Part shown: positions 51,701-64,000 of the stretch, piece after piece | Numbering within the stretch: the first letter of the stretch is position 1 | Layout: each line of letters begins with the position of its first letter | DNA from: Malacoraja senta | Taxonomy: Eukaryota | Length of the DNA: 64,000 bases | Direction: 5' to 3' | Assembly: GCA_038087875.1 (NCBI GenBank) | Contig: CM075988.1 | Coordinates: 23,624,001-23,688,000, forward strand | Notes under the pieces: model-generated | What the model was told of the DNA's origin: nothing | What the model saw: the letters and a program-made list of their open reading frames with translations, nothing else | The model's database searches: none | Made by a program: the position numbers and the translations under genes

Positions 51701-54700
51701 AATAGGTGCAGGAGTAGGCCACTCAGCCCTTCGAGCCAGCACCGCCATTCAATGTGATCATGGCTGATCATCCCCAATCAGTACCCCGTTCCTGCCTTCT
51801 CCCCATATCCCGACTCCGCTATTTTTAAGAGCCCTATCTAGCTCTCTCTTGAAAGTATCCAGAGAACCGGCCTCCACCGTGGCAGAGAATTCCACATACT
51901 CACAACTCAGTGTGGAAAAAGTTTCCTCATCTCAGCTTAATTTTATTTTTTTTAAAAGGTGCTGAAAAATAAAGACAGGTACAAAACCAGATTTTGGAAT
52001 CTTGGATTGAGTGAATAGTGAATGACCTGGATAGAGTGAATATGGAGAGGATGTTTCCTCTGGTGGGAGTGTCTAGGACCAGAGGCCATAGCCTCAGAAT
52101 AAAAGGACGTACGTTTAGAAAGGAGCCGAGAAGGAATTTATTTTGTCAGAGGGTGGTGAATCTGTGGAATTCATTGCCAGACTGTTGTGGAGGCCAAGTC
52201 AATGGATATTTTTAAGGCGGAGATTGACAGATTTCCGATTAGTACGGTGTCAGGGGTTATGGGGAGAAGGCAGGAGAATGGGATTGAGAGGGAAAGATAG
52301 ATCTGCCATGATTGAATAGCGGCGTAGACTTGAAGAATTCTGCTCCTAGAACCTACGAGCAAAAGTGCTGGAGGAACTCTGCAAACACATAACTCTTCTG
52401 TGGAGGGAATGAACTGACGACATTTCTGATCATTGGGAACTCCTTTGGAATAATGAAGATCGGGTAATGTTGCAGAAACAACAAACCACAATTTGAAAAT
52501 GTCCATGAGCTCTTACCAGTAATAGTATTCCCTGAATCGACCGCCAGGTACAATCAATGGATTAGGCACATAAATTTGGGAATAAAGTTCTGGGCGCAAC
52601 TGTACATCCAGTTTAATCTGAAAGGACAGACAGAGTGAAGTTAGGGGAAAATTACATTTGTTCAAAGCCAACATGAAACCTTGCAATCGACCATATGGTA
52701 CAAGTATCGCCCCGATTAGGCCCCAGCTAACATAACAGAAGGAGTAAAGATAGGACTCATGAACCTGCACCAACTTCAATCAGTCTGAAGAAGGGTTTCG
52801 GCCCGAAACGTTGCCCATTTCCTTCGCTCCACAGATGCTGCCTCACCCGCTGAGTTTCTCCAGCATTTTTGTCCACCAACTTCAATACGATCATCGCTGC
52901 TTCTGTGCCGAGGGTCTTCACCCAATCAAATTTCTCTCAATTGTTAAAGGGCCTGTCCCACTTAGGTGACTGCCAGGGACTAGTTTTAATGGAATTCACC
53001 TGGCGACAACCTACGACAACAACCTACGACAGCAAAAATTGTTGCCACTGTCGCCGAAAAATGTTCAACATGTTGAAAGTTTTGCGGCAGCCGCCCAAAA
53101 GAAACCGCGTAAGTGGGACAGGCCCAACTGTCTAAACATCAATTTCAGTCTTTAATATATTCAGATTGAACTTCTTCAGCTCTCTGGAGGAAGAGAAGTC
53201 CTCCACAAGGTGGCAAGGGGAGACATTGCTCCTCATCCAAGTCTCAATAGCAAACCTGCCATCTTAATACCGGCTCTAGAGCAGAGAGAGCCTCGCAGCA
53301 CCTACACCATCAAACCTTCTCAGAATCAATAGACAATAGGTGCAGGAGTAGGCCATTCGGCCCTTCGAGCCAGCACCACCATTCATTGTGATCATGGCTG
53401 ATCATCCCCAATCAATAAGATTCCTTCTCATTCTTCTAAAATACAGCTTGAAGAGATTAATCTCACTCATTCTCTCCCAACAGAAGCACCCCTTCATCCC
53501 AGTGAGCGGGTCGCAATCATTTCTCTGGTTTTGCTGGATCCTTGTTAGTTTTAAAAGAATGCTCAATTACCGATTAGGTTGAGACCATGATTCATCCAGG
53601 TGAATGTTTTAAATGATGTAATTCAATTTTATGACTGGATGGATTGTCTCATGCAATATACTTGATTGCTGTCCAGGTGTGCAAAGTGCACAGACGATGC
53701 AAGGCTACAATGTCAAAATACGAATGTCCAAAGGAACTGGAGTGAGGGATGTGGTGGAAAATTGATTTCTAAATTTCTGGATACAAATGTGAGAGGATGC
53801 AATTCAGAATTCATGCCATGTCGTGGCTGTGAAATCTTCCTCTTGCTGCAGGAACTCAACAGGTCAGGCAGCAAATTGAGGGAAATGGACAGATGACATT
53901 GAGTAGGAAGGAACAGCAGATAAACACAAAATGCTGGAGTAACTCAGCGGGACAGGCAGCATCTCTGGAGAGAAGGAATGGGTGACGTTTCCGGTTGAGA
54001 CCCTTCTTCTAGAAAGCCAGTCTGAAGAAGGGTCTCAACCCGAAACGTCACCCACTCCTATCCAGAGATGCTGCCCGTCCTGCTGAGTTACTCCTGCATT
54101 TTGTGTCTATCTTCGGCCTAAACCAGCATCTGCATTTCCTTCCTACACCGGAACTGCAGATGCTGGTTTACACTGAACATAGACACAAAATGCTGGAGTA
54201 ACTCAGCAGGACAGGCAGCATCTCTGGAGACTGGTCTCGACCCGAAACGTCACTTATTCCTTTTCCCCTAAAGATGCTGCCGAACCCACTGAATTACCCA
54301 GTTTTTTGTGTTCGTCTTGGATGGCATTGAGTCAGGCCCCTTCTTCAGACTTGAATATTCCTGGGAGCTACTGGGCCTGAACACTTCTTGAAGTTACAAT
54401 GACTGGATCACATTTTTAGATATCTTCTTCCTCACCTTTTATAATCTGTTCAGAGTGAAATCAGTGACCAGTGTAAACATGCAACGCCACATGTACCTTT
54501 CTCCCGAGGGATTTCCAGAGAGCGTGTAGTTCTTTAGCCCAAAGTCGCAGATCCGGATCAGAAATCCTCTGGAGGATTTGCGGCCTGCAAGAGTGAAGTT
54601 TTAATTAAACTGGGACTGGTGCTCCACATTTATAAGCAGGACTTCACGCTCTGCTCATGTTTATTACCAGTCTTCACTTCCAACCGCCCCAAATTGTGTC

Positions 54701-57700
54701 CCTCTTTCATCTATTGATTTGGATTCACCAAATTAGTTCTGAAGTTCATCTTCTGAATGCTTTCCTTCCAGTATTTAATATCTCTAGATCTTGTTACTGT
54801 CCTATCCAGTTGCAAGTCTAACCTAAATATCTATGATATCTCCATAAACGTCTCTGAACTGTACCGAAAAATTGCCTACAAAATAAAGTTGACTTTAAAT
54901 GTAGTGAAATTTCCCAACCATTTTAAACACGTATCAGAATTCGATAGCTCGTCAGTCGCATGAGGGTTTATTAATCAAGATCAAGGAAATACATTCTAAA
55001 GGAACCCCTGAGAATAAATTGAATGTGGGGGAATAGAGAATCGACCATGACAACAACCAAATAGGTACAGCCAGCAATTGCGGGTTCATTAAACTTTAGA
55101 GTACACAAGCAGGTTATAGAACTGGAGAGATTAAAGATAGGAAAAAAAAAATAAGCCACTAAAAAGTTCTGTAACTAATGAGAATTTTATAATCCACATG
55201 CTGCCAATGTTGACCAGTGAGCACCAGATGACAAACGTATAGGATTCTTTAAATTTTATCTGTAAGAGGAGGAGATTTAGGCCATTCAGCCCATCAAGTC
55301 TACTCCGCCATTCAATCATGGCGGATCTATCTTTCCCTCTCAACCCCTTTCTCCCCGTAACCCCCGACACCCGTAATGCTGCGTTATATTCTTGCATTTC
55401 TTTTGCATCATATCTACTCCATTTACAACAATGAGCCAGACTTATTGCAGGCAAACATAAAGCTAACTGACTGCCAAGTCAGTCAAACTTCTAACTCTGA
55501 CTGCCGGGATGGCGGGACTGTCATATGCTGAGCGAATGGAGCGGCTGGGCTTGTATACTCTGGAACCTAGAAAGATGAGAGGGGATCTTATTGAAACATA
55601 AGATTATTAAGGGTTTGGATGCACTAGAGGCAGGAAACCTGTTCCCAATGTTGGGGGAGTCCAGAACCAGGAGCCACAGTTTAAGAATAAGAGGCAAGCC
55701 ATTTAGAACGGAGATGAGGAAACACTTTTTCACACAGAGATTTGTGAGTCTGTGGAATTCTCTGCCTCAGAGTGTGGTGGATGCCGGTTCTCTGGATACT
55801 TTCAAGAGAGCTAGATAGGGCTCTTAAAGATAGCGGAGTCAGGGGACATGGGAAGAAGGCAGGAACAGGGCACTGATTGTGGATGATCAGCTATGATCAC
55901 ATTGAATGGCGGTGCTGGGTCAAAGGGCCTACTCCTGCACCTATTGTCTATAATATAACATAACAAGTCTAGGTGCAAGTCCATGTGCCAAATCTCTTCA
56001 GTCACGTATCAGTGTACCTTTGTACCTCAGAGTACACAGTTACAAGTTATTATGCTTCATTGACATTTTATGCAACCAATTTCATAATCAGACTGAGAGT
56101 GCGTACGCACATGATTGCCTTATTGGAATTAAAAAAAAATATTTTGAAGTTTTATGTTATTCTGGCAGATTGAAAATTGAGCAAGCAGAAGTGAATGCCA
56201 TTTTGCAGCCACAAGGTTCCCATGGACAATGAGAACTTGTGAATTTGTTTTTCGTCACAGGATTTCTGCTTTTCTTCAGATGTCTGCCAGTTTATTTTGT
56301 TTAGAGAAACAGGCACATCGGCCCACAGAGTCCACGCCGATCAGCGATCACCCCATACACTAAAGCTATCCTACACCACTAGGGACAATTTACAATTTTT
56401 TAAAACCGAGGCCAATAAGCCTTTGCATTGTAACTGGAGGAAACTGGAGCACCCAATGAAAAACCACGCGGTCACAGGGAGAACGTCCATACTCCGTACA
56501 GACAGTTGTCAGGATCGAACCCGGGTCTTGAAATACTCTTTAGCCCCATTGTCTGATTTGTCATTCATCAAGATCTTTTACCTCAACTGTAAGACTGAGC
56601 TGGGAAGACAAGAGGTAATGCACTACTTTTGTACCTACTGGTCACTCCAGTCATCTGGTGTCCAATTCTCAAACTCTTGTCCAGGTTTTTCGAAGTATTC
56701 TCGGACAAAATCGTTCAGTTGCTGCTTTGTTAGCTTTCCGTCAAATGAGGAACTGGTGAGGCTTTGGAAAGCTTCCCAAACGACATCTTAACATTTTCAA
56801 TAGGGCAGGAAAAAAAAAATCCACAATTACATTCAAATTAAAAAAAACTTTAGATCTGTGGGTCTGCCTTGCGTGAGGCAGCAGAGCATAACATGCAAGT
56901 TATCTCACACAGGTAGACATCAATTAGTATTAATGTGTAGGAAGGAACTGCAGATGCTGGTTTAGATGGAAGACTGCAGACTGTCTACAGGTCTACCACT
57001 GACCCGAAACGGAGTCTGAAGAAAGGTCTCTGCCCGAAACATCGCCCATTCCTTCTCTCCAGAGATGCTGCCTGTCACGGTGATTTACTCCGGCATGGTG
57101 TATCATCAATTAGCATTATGTAGAATTGCACGGCTGAGTTTAGAGATACAGCATGGAAACAGGCCCTTCAACCCATCAAGTCCACCTCAACCATCGATTA
57201 CTCGTGCACAAGTTTTATGCTATCCCAGTTTTGAATCCTATGCACAAGGGGGAATTTACAGAAGCCAATTAACCTACAAACCTGCACATCTTTGCAATAT
57301 GGGAGAAAACCGGAGCACCTGGAGAAAAACCATGCAATCACAGGGAGATCATTCAAACTGCACAGACAGCTCACGTAGTCAATGTGATCAGCCATGATCA
57401 CATTGAATGGCAGTGCTGGCTTGAAAGGCCGAATGGCCTACTCCTGCACCTATTGTCTATTGTCACTGGCGCTGGGAGGCAGCAAATCTGCTGCGGCATC
57501 ACGTGTCGCCCAATCACAGCACTCTACATTGAAGGTTTATGCTGTACTTTTAAAAAAAAATAAAAAAAGGGTCTCATCATACCAAAAACTTAAACTTTAG
57601 TGATGCTTTCCCCTTAAACACCTGCATACTGTGTCTGGTGTGGCACTGCAAACTCCATTTCTGGACCAATGCCCTTGCTCCAGGGGTGAAAAGGGATCAT

Positions 57701-60700
57701 CATCTAATTGAGAAAGGAACAAAATTGGGTTTGGATTTCATGCCCTCTACAAACAAATGGATAGAGTGGATGTTTCCACTATTGGGAGAGTCTAGGACCA
57801 AAGGGCATAGCCTCAGAATAAAAGGACTCCTTTAGAAAGGAGACGAGAAGGAATTTCTTTAGTCAGAGGGTGGTGAATCTGTTCAATTCATTGCCACAGA
57901 CAGATGGAAGCCAAGTCATTGGGTATTTCTAAAGTGGAGATGGACAGATTCTTGTTCAGTACGGGTGTCAACGGTTATGGGGAGAAGGCAGGAGAATGGG
58001 GTTGAGAGGGAAAGATAGATCAGCCATGATTGAATGGCAGAGTAGAATCAATGGGCTAACTAAACTACATCTGTTCCTATGTCTTATGAAATGTTCTTAG
58101 AATCATTTATTAAGAATGGTCACTTAGGCAAGGTTTAAATGCATGCAAAGCAACTCTAAGGAAACAATTTATGTTGTTTCAGCAACGAACATCATGTTGG
58201 AAGATGGCTGGCTCTGCCAGGCAACATGGGCAGACTGCCAAATATCAGCCTTAAATCGTTTATTGCGACAGTTTCCTGCACAAATCCTTTGTAACTGCTT
58301 ACAAATTCTTGCTCGGAAATGGTAAATGTTTCATCAGTCACAGAATGAAGCCTGCAGGCAAAGCTGAATCCCAAGGAGCTTGCAATTAGCTCTAAAACTA
58401 CACAGGCCCAAGTCCTCAGATCTGAGAAAACAAGAGAAACAAAATCCTCAAGGCTTCCAAAGTGAAGCAACAAAATTTTGGAATATTTTTCTTCAGATAA
58501 TTACCTCTCAGAATTTTGAATGAATATCAGATCATTTTGCAACCAAAAGTCTTGAGCCCACCCTACAATCTGTAAACAAAAATTACAACAGCTCAAAGCA
58601 CCTGCTAAAGATGACAAAGGAAACATAGTAAAAGGGGATCCAGGAGGTACATGTTTCACTGATGAAATTTAATGGTCGCATCAGGTATTTATTTATCAAT
58701 TTCCACTGGGAAAATGGAAAAGCTGAATTTTTGTAAAGTATGTAACGTGCAGGGCAAAAGAAAAGTTAGTCTTATGTAAAAACTAGAGTATAATAGTAAA
58801 GATAGACAAGTGCTGGAGTAACTCAGTGGGTCAGGCGGCATCCCTGGAGAAAATGGATGGTGACATTTTGGGCTGGGACCCTTCTCCAGTCTTAAGGTCC
58901 CCATCCGAAACATCACCTATCCATGTTAGCCAGAGATGTTGCCTGACCCGCTGAGTTACTCCAGCATTTTGTGTCTATCTTTGGCATAAACCAGCATCCG
59001 CAGTTATTTGTTTCTGTATAAAAGATTTTTTTTAAACATAATCAAATGTTTTGAGTGATCATATCAGGCATATGACTTGCAATCGTACTGCTATTATCCA
59101 GGAAATTAAATTGCCTTAGAGATGGCGTAAGAAAGACTGGCTTCATGGATCAACTTCTATGTTGAGGGAATGGTGTTTTATCATTAATGTTTTATTATTA
59201 TTAATGTTTAGTGTTTTCCGAGTCATTCGTAACTGTCACTGTATGTCATGTTGTTACTTGTGGGCGGAGCACCAAGGCAAATTCCTTGTATGTGAATACT
59301 TGGCCAATAAACGTACTTACTTATTCAATGAGGAGAGATCAAGTAGACTAATCCTGCATTCCCTTGACAAGAAGTTCATCGAGACAAGTTACATGAGGAT
59401 TTACAAGATAAATGCTTGGAGTATATTACATTTTATGGCACGTCTAGAACTAGAATGTCGAAGCACAGGACAGGTAGTCATTTATTTAAAAATTGGGTTG
59501 AATGGTGGTTTTACTAGATTATATCCTTTGTAATTCCCTCGTCTGCCTCAGAGGGCGGTGGAGGCAGGTTCTCTGGATGCTTTCAAGAGAGAGCTAGATA
59601 AGGCTCTTAAAAATAGCGGGGGTCAGGGGATATGGGGAGAAGGCAGGAACGGGGTACTGATTGGGGATGATCAGCCGTGATCACATTGAATGCGGTGCTG
59701 GCTCGAAAGGCCGAATGGCCTACTCCTGCACCTATTGTCTATTGTACAGAGGACAAGGGGTCTTCGGTTTTTCAGATGGAGGAATCTTTAGATCCGAGAC
59801 AGGAAGCATGGGATACAGAGACAGCCTGGGAAGATGGAATTGATGAAGATGAACTGTTGCTTAACAGCACCGCACGCAAACGATCGCAATGCCTATTCCT
59901 GCAATTTCTATTGCGAGTAACTGAATTACAGATGTCAACTATTTGAAAGTTGCAATTTGATGGAATCTGTACAAGCAGAATTCATTGGAAAGGAAAATCA
60001 GTCAAGTCAGATGAGCCTTACCTGGACTCATCTTTAACTTCATATCCACAAAATGCTTGTCATCTTCGAAAAGTTTAGCCATCTGCACTTGCTCCAGAAG
60101 CTCTCCAGTACAATATATACGGCTTCAGAAAAAAAGATGAAATTGCAGAAATGCGCATTAATATTCCAGCACTTACTCTCAAAGACTAGCATAACAACTG
60201 GAAGAGATTATAATTATATTCTGGTGCGGGTACTACTCTGCCTGCAAAACCCAAATAGTTCATCGTCATGACTCTCGGGCCTTTTAAAATCATTTTAAGT
60301 TTGCCCCAAATCCCATTTGACAACAAGCACTAGCATCGAGATTCAGTTCAAACTACCTGCTTACTACTTGGCCCACATAAAAAAAAATTACATTATGCAA
60401 AAATAGGCTATAATTGCATTTGGACACCTGCTTTATCTACTCAATTCGACTACCTGTGTAGATGCACAATTAATTCATTAATGGACACTTTTCTCTCTAT
60501 GCTGCTCCTTCCAGAGTCCCCATACTATCTCTCCTATCACAGACAGGACTAATTGTTCTCATGGGGAAAAGCTCAAATGATAATTAACATTCATTGTTTT
60601 ATAGTCATTAACTCAAGCTCCTGCTTGTTGTCTATTCAAATAAGGTGGCACCAGTTTAATTTGTTTTGAGCTATGATGCACATGTTGTGAGACGGTGACA

Positions 60701-62598
60701 TTTCACACAATGCTTATTCATGTGGAACCCACAATTGAATAACTGGCTGCATTACTTTCTTGGTCTAAATATCAAATCAACGTCTACAGAACGGCACAGC
60801 AGTAGAGTTACTGCCTCACAGCGCCAGAGACCCGGGTTCAATCCCGACCACAGCTGCTGGTTGCATGGAGCTTGTACTTTCTTCCCGTGACCTGTGTGGA
60901 TTTTTTCTGGGTGCTCCAGTTCCCTCCCACATTGCAAAGACGTTCTGGTTTGTAGATTAATTGGCTTCTGTAAATTGTCCCTAGTGTGCAGGATTGAACT
61001 AGTGTATTGGTGATTGCTGGTTGGCTCGGACTCTATGGGCTGAAGGGCCTGTTTTCATGCTGTATCTCTGAGCTAAACTAAATTAGATGAAGCCTCACCA
61101 ACATTCCTGTGGCAGATATTAATTTCTCATTTTTGTTGAGTAGCTACCTATGTTCAAGAGTATGGATAAATACACAAGTTCATGACTTCTATGAGATAAT
61201 TCAGTTGGCTCAAATTTAAATTATGGATTGCTTGCACCCGCTCTCTTTCTAGGAGAGCACATGTGGAAAAGACCAGAGTTCAGAATTCCACCTCTAATGT
61301 TCTTTTGAAGATGTTGGCAGGAAAAAAATCTTCACTTAATGCCATTTAGTAAAATGCCAACAATCAACTATCCAATAATACCAATGGTTTGACGTTTGGC
61401 TAATCAGGTAATGTTTCACGAGATCCCTTCTGAATCATTGAGGCCAATTCCTAATCTCCTTTAAATTTAACAGCTCACAACACAGCAGTGTGAATATGGA
61501 TTTCTCTCATTTCAAGCAACCCTTGCTTTCCCTCTCCACCCCTTCCCCACCCTAGACGTCCTGCTAGTTGCACTGACTGCATCCATGTATCCCTTCGTTA
61601 TCACATCCTCCACAGCCAACAATGGACCATGGTGGGCTCCACCTTTCCTTGGTCATCGGTGCCAGCTCTGATTTGTTCTGAACCTTTTCATACCTCGTTT
61701 CTCTCTCTCCCCCAACTCAGTATGAAGGAGGAGCTCGCCCCAAAACGTCACACATTCCTTTTCTCCAGAGATGCTGCCTGACCCGCTGAGTTACTGTAGC
61801 ATTTTGTGTCTATCTCAAGTCTTACAGAACTGAATTCCTAAAAAATTGAACGAAGAGTATATCTTGCAGTTCTTGCTAATTTTGCAGAGAACCTCGGTTA
61901 GACCACAATTAAATTACAATTCAGATTGCCATGGTGACACTACAAACAAGATTTGAAACGGTTATTCTGAACTGTTGTGCGTTACATATTAAAATGACCA
62001 AGTGTGGTCTCTCTTCTATTGCGATAGCCAGTGGGTGAGATTTTTCCAAAGGCAGCCATATCTGGAAACACTCTAATCTATTTCTAAATGACCATTTACC
62101 AACTAAAATACGCCAGATTATCAAAATACATCATGCATTGATTTGTGCAGTCACTTTGTAAAGTTTCCAGATTACATCATTTGCTGAATATTAAATATCC
62201 AGTTCACAAATAAGCGAATGAGAACACGATCATCACTAATTACAACCAAAGTGGGAACTCGATTTTCCAGTTGTTCCAGTTGGTTGAGCTAATTGTAAAA
62301 AGGTTGAACATCAATAATAGAGAAGTAGGAGTTAAGAATTAAGAATGTCAAATGTGGTAAAAAATAGATTTAAGGGAACCTTTACAAGCATCAACAATAG
62401 GAAGGGGCTCAAGGGAGCACCATTCTAACAAAGTTGTTTTCAAAGGGTGTTGTTTTTAAACTGTTTTACATTGTAATTATGTATTATGTATTAAGACTAA
62501 AATTAAAATGCATACCTGTCACAAGGAGGAAGTCCCATGGATCCATTTTCACATGATAAAACAGTTGCCAAAAGCAAGCACCAGGACTTCAGAGCCAT
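39586..62598 (-). CDS. TREH: Trehalase (GH37, predicted GPI-anchored); 15 coding exons, 1752 nt, 583 aa (gene span)
   Basis: Signature motifs PGGRFREYYYWDSY and QWDYPNAWPP, AESGWDFSSRW, GGGGEY, GFGWTNG; signal peptide and hydrophobic C-terminal tail; all splice phases consistent. Confidence 0.97.
40060..40113 (-). CDS. TREH: TREH coding exon 14
   Basis: YDVNGDSEPGGGGEYDVQ. Confidence 0.95.
40626..40738 (-). CDS. TREH: TREH coding exon 13
   Basis: GLAKSNSENGKRIALEQALNWIRAN...AMFEK. Confidence 0.95.
40956..41009 (+). ncRNA. Predicted minimal HDV-like (CPEB3-type) self-cleaving ribozyme, copy D
   Basis: P1 GGGGUGG/CCGCCCU, P2 GAUUGCA/UGCAAUC, P3 ACC/GGU, L3 UUCACCU, J1/4 GU, UUCG in place of P4, J4/2 CGAA. 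Confidence 0.7.
40956..41095 (+). mobile_element. ~140-nt HDV-ribozyme-headed retroposon, copy D (antisense in a TREH intron)
   Basis: Imperfect 11-bp TSD gc(c/g)aacc(g/a)gtg (40945-40955, 41096-41106); (AAG)n tail. Confidence 0.85.
41158..41269 (-). CDS. TREH: TREH coding exon 12
   Basis: DHRLLWYRNGIPTSLVPSGEQWDYPNAWPPLQQIIIE. Confidence 0.96.
42425..42651 (-). CDS. TREH: TREH coding exon 11
   Basis: GNSAKAQFYKE...VLWDDQQGIWFDF...FYASNVAPLWAEC...YLE. Confidence 0.95.
43426..44058 (-). mobile_element. CR1 LINE 3' fragment
   Basis: [15 protein letters not shown]...[13 protein letters not shown]...[14 protein letters not shown]. Confidence 0.9.
44800..45096 (+). mobile_element. V-SINE (HE1-like)
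   Basis: Same family as 31748-32056; further copies near 5810-6075(-), 14940-15195(-), 41576-41892(+), 45374-45670(+), 47248-47575(+), 50500-50795(-), 56290-56528(-), 60790-61083(+). Confidence 0.8.
45113..45313 (-). CDS. TREH: TREH coding exon 10
   Basis: AARRQLWVELKTGAESGWDFSSRW...IPVDLNSILC...QQL. Confidence 0.95.
45681..45884. mobile_element. Palindromic copy of the same element family
   Basis: Inverted arms centred near 45800; TSD taaatta(g/a)agat. Confidence 0.75.
46168..46217 (-). CDS. TREH: TREH coding exon 9
   Basis: RPESYSKDVELGQNLTE. Confidence 0.94.
46770..46892 (-). CDS. TREH: TREH coding exon 8
   Basis: ECIGPLDKEYEYWMTNRSVS...LNRYNVEAAGP. Confidence 0.94.
46911..47141. mobile_element. 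Palindromic (inverted dimer) copy of the hammerhead-bearing element
   Basis: ~100-bp inverted arms; 14-bp TSD ttgaaaaatatata (46897-46910, 47142-47155). Confidence 0.8.
48083..48199 (-). CDS. TREH: TREH coding exon 7
   Basis: [38 protein letters not shown]. Confidence 0.96.
48550..48963 (-). mobile_element. CR1 LINE 3' fragment
   Basis: [20 protein letters not shown]; same 3' tail. Confidence 0.85.
49890..49982 (-). CDS. TREH: TREH coding exon 6
   Basis: DSYWIIKGLLISEMNKTAKGMIENFLHLID. Confidence 0.96.
50346..50434 (-). mobile_element. Short copy of the hammerhead-bearing element
   Basis: 11-bp TSD tcattaagcag (50335-50345, 50435-50445). Confidence 0.75.
52517..52617 (-). CDS. TREH: TREH coding exon 5
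   Basis: IKLDVQLRPELYSQIYVPNPLIVPGGRFREYYYW. Confidence 0.96.
52781..52873 (+). mobile_element. Penelope-like short element with a minimal hammerhead core
   Basis: CTGAAGA 52785-52791...GAAAC 52805-52809; 13-bp TSD caccaacttcaat. Confidence 0.75.
52949..53125. mobile_element. MITE (PIF/Harbinger-like termini)
   Basis: Perfect 16-bp TIR gggcctgtcccactta / taagtgggacaggccc. Confidence 0.7.
53845..54350. mobile_element. Cluster of nested or inverted copies of the hammerhead-bearing element
   Basis: Repeated gctggagtaactcagc/gctgagttactcc arms and ctgaagaagggtctcaacccgaaacgtc. Confidence 0.7.
54497..54584 (-). CDS. TREH: TREH coding exon 4
   Basis: PQILQRISDPDLRLWAKELHALWKSLGRK. Confidence 0.95.
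55503..55950 (+). mobile_element. CR1 LINE 3' fragment
   Basis: ESRTRSHSLRIRG...FFTQR..LWNSLP; ctattgtcta tail. Confidence 0.85.
56639..56786 (-). CDS. TREH: TREH coding exon 3
   Basis: DVVWEAFQSL...YFEKPGQEFENWTPDDWSD. Confidence 0.92.
60022..60122 (-). CDS. TREH: TREH coding exon 2
   Basis: RIYCTGELLEQVQMAKLFEDDKHFVDMKLKMSP. Confidence 0.95.
62516..62598 (-). CDS. TREH: TREH coding exon 1
   Basis: MALKSWCLLLATVLSCENGSMGLPPCD; donor GTATGC. Confidence 0.88.
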
Positions 62599-64000
62599 AA
62601 TTGACGAATGTTGCAAATGAAAGAGCCCAAGTTAGTTCAGCAACACTGAAAGAATACGGCAGGAAATCAAAGTACAAAGTTCCAAATAACAGGGGGAGGA
62701 GACAACATCCCTGTCAAAGTTCAAGGTAACATTAAAATGAAACATTCCAATGAATGGCATTAAACCTATCATTTAATTTTCCTGCAAAATCCTCTTTCCA
62801 TGTGTGCCGAAATCTCAAAACTTTTGAGAACTACCCCAAGTTGCAGCAATGCTCCCAAGTACCATGAGGTTTACATTTAGGCTGTCCTCCCAGCCTCTAT
62901 ATCCCTGGCAGCAAGAAGATGAGCATTATTACACTTCATTTTGTCTCACAATATCAAGATCCAGGCAGCTGTGCTGAAGAATACACATGCGGGTTGAGTT
63001 TCAGTATACTCCTGTAGCAAAATAATGCAATCTCGATTATTCAAATCTGTCCCATGGCTAACAAAAATAAATTCATTCAAAAAACAGGCAAACAGGATAA
63101 AATGTGTATTTAATATTAAAAAGGTTGGTTTCAAATTATAAACTGCTTCATTTACACTATTTTGACAAATCCATTGGCAGAATCCAATCAAAGTTGTCAG
63201 AAGTGTTGTGGTTAATAGCATTGAGCAAGTACTCTGAAACCAGAGTTTATTTGCTGAAACGGATGTTATTTGCTGTTCCCAACAAAGTCAAGGCCATTCT
63301 GTTTGCATTGCATTTTCATGGTTCTGAAGATTCAAAAGACCTGTGACTTGAATGTCCAGCAGACGGGTGGGCACAGAATATGCAAACACCAATACTTGAA
63401 ATTTACACTTTACTCCCTTTAGCAGATGTTCTACAATAAATTATGCACAAACTAAAAAGTTTGTATGCCCTATTGCAAGGGGAGATCTTAATAACGATGC
63501 CTCTCATGAAAGGCACTCGCATAATAGTGCCATTAAGTTGGAAAGGAAGCAGAGAAGATTCAGAAGGATGTTCCATGACTTGAGGGCCTGAGCTAGAGGG
63601 AGAGGTTGGGCAGGCTGGGACTTTATTCCTTGGCACACATCATTCCATAGAGTTGATCTTATAGATGCATAATATGAGTAGGAAGATAATGTGAATGCAA
63701 AGGCTCTTTTTCCAAGATGGGGGAACATTGAACCAGAGGGAATAGAGTTAAGGATAGAGGGGCAACCTTTCCCCCCTCCCCTCCCCCCCCCCCCACAGAG
63801 GGTGGTAGGTATATGGAACAAGCTGCGGGTGGAGGTAGTCAAGGCAGGTACAATAACAACATTTAAAAGACATTTGAACAAGTATATGGATGGGAAAGAT
63901 TGAGAGATTTGGCCAAACATGATCAGGTAGGATTAGTGTAAATGGGGCAGCTTGGTTGGCACGAACGAGTTGGGCCAAAGGATCTGTATAACATAGAAAA

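Overview
Eukaryotic, intron-rich vertebrate genomic DNA. The HE1/V-SINE-type and CR1/L2/Rex1 repeat content points to a cartilaginous fish (inference). Three minus-strand protein-coding genes lie in tandem and were reconstructed exon by exon with consistent splice phases. TREH (trehalase) is complete: 15 coding exons, 62598->39586, 583 aa. HYOU1/GRP170 is complete: 24 coding exons, 33616->10881, 1010 aa, ending PDEL. VPS11 is represented by its first two coding exons, separated by a U12-type AT-AC intron, and runs off the left edge. Most ORF-track entries are spurious repeat or GC-rich frames. The most notable observation is a ~140-nt retroposon family (4 copies with target-site duplications) that starts exactly at G1 of a predicted minimal, P4-less HDV/CPEB3-like self-cleaving ribozyme. 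A second, abundant short element family carries a minimal hammerhead-ribozyme core and often forms long hairpins, as Penelope-derived elements do. CLEAR/E-boxes sit at the VPS11 start and ERSE-II/UPRE-like motifs at the HYOU1 promoter. Ribozyme folds and family names are from manual inspection and recall, not from database searches.
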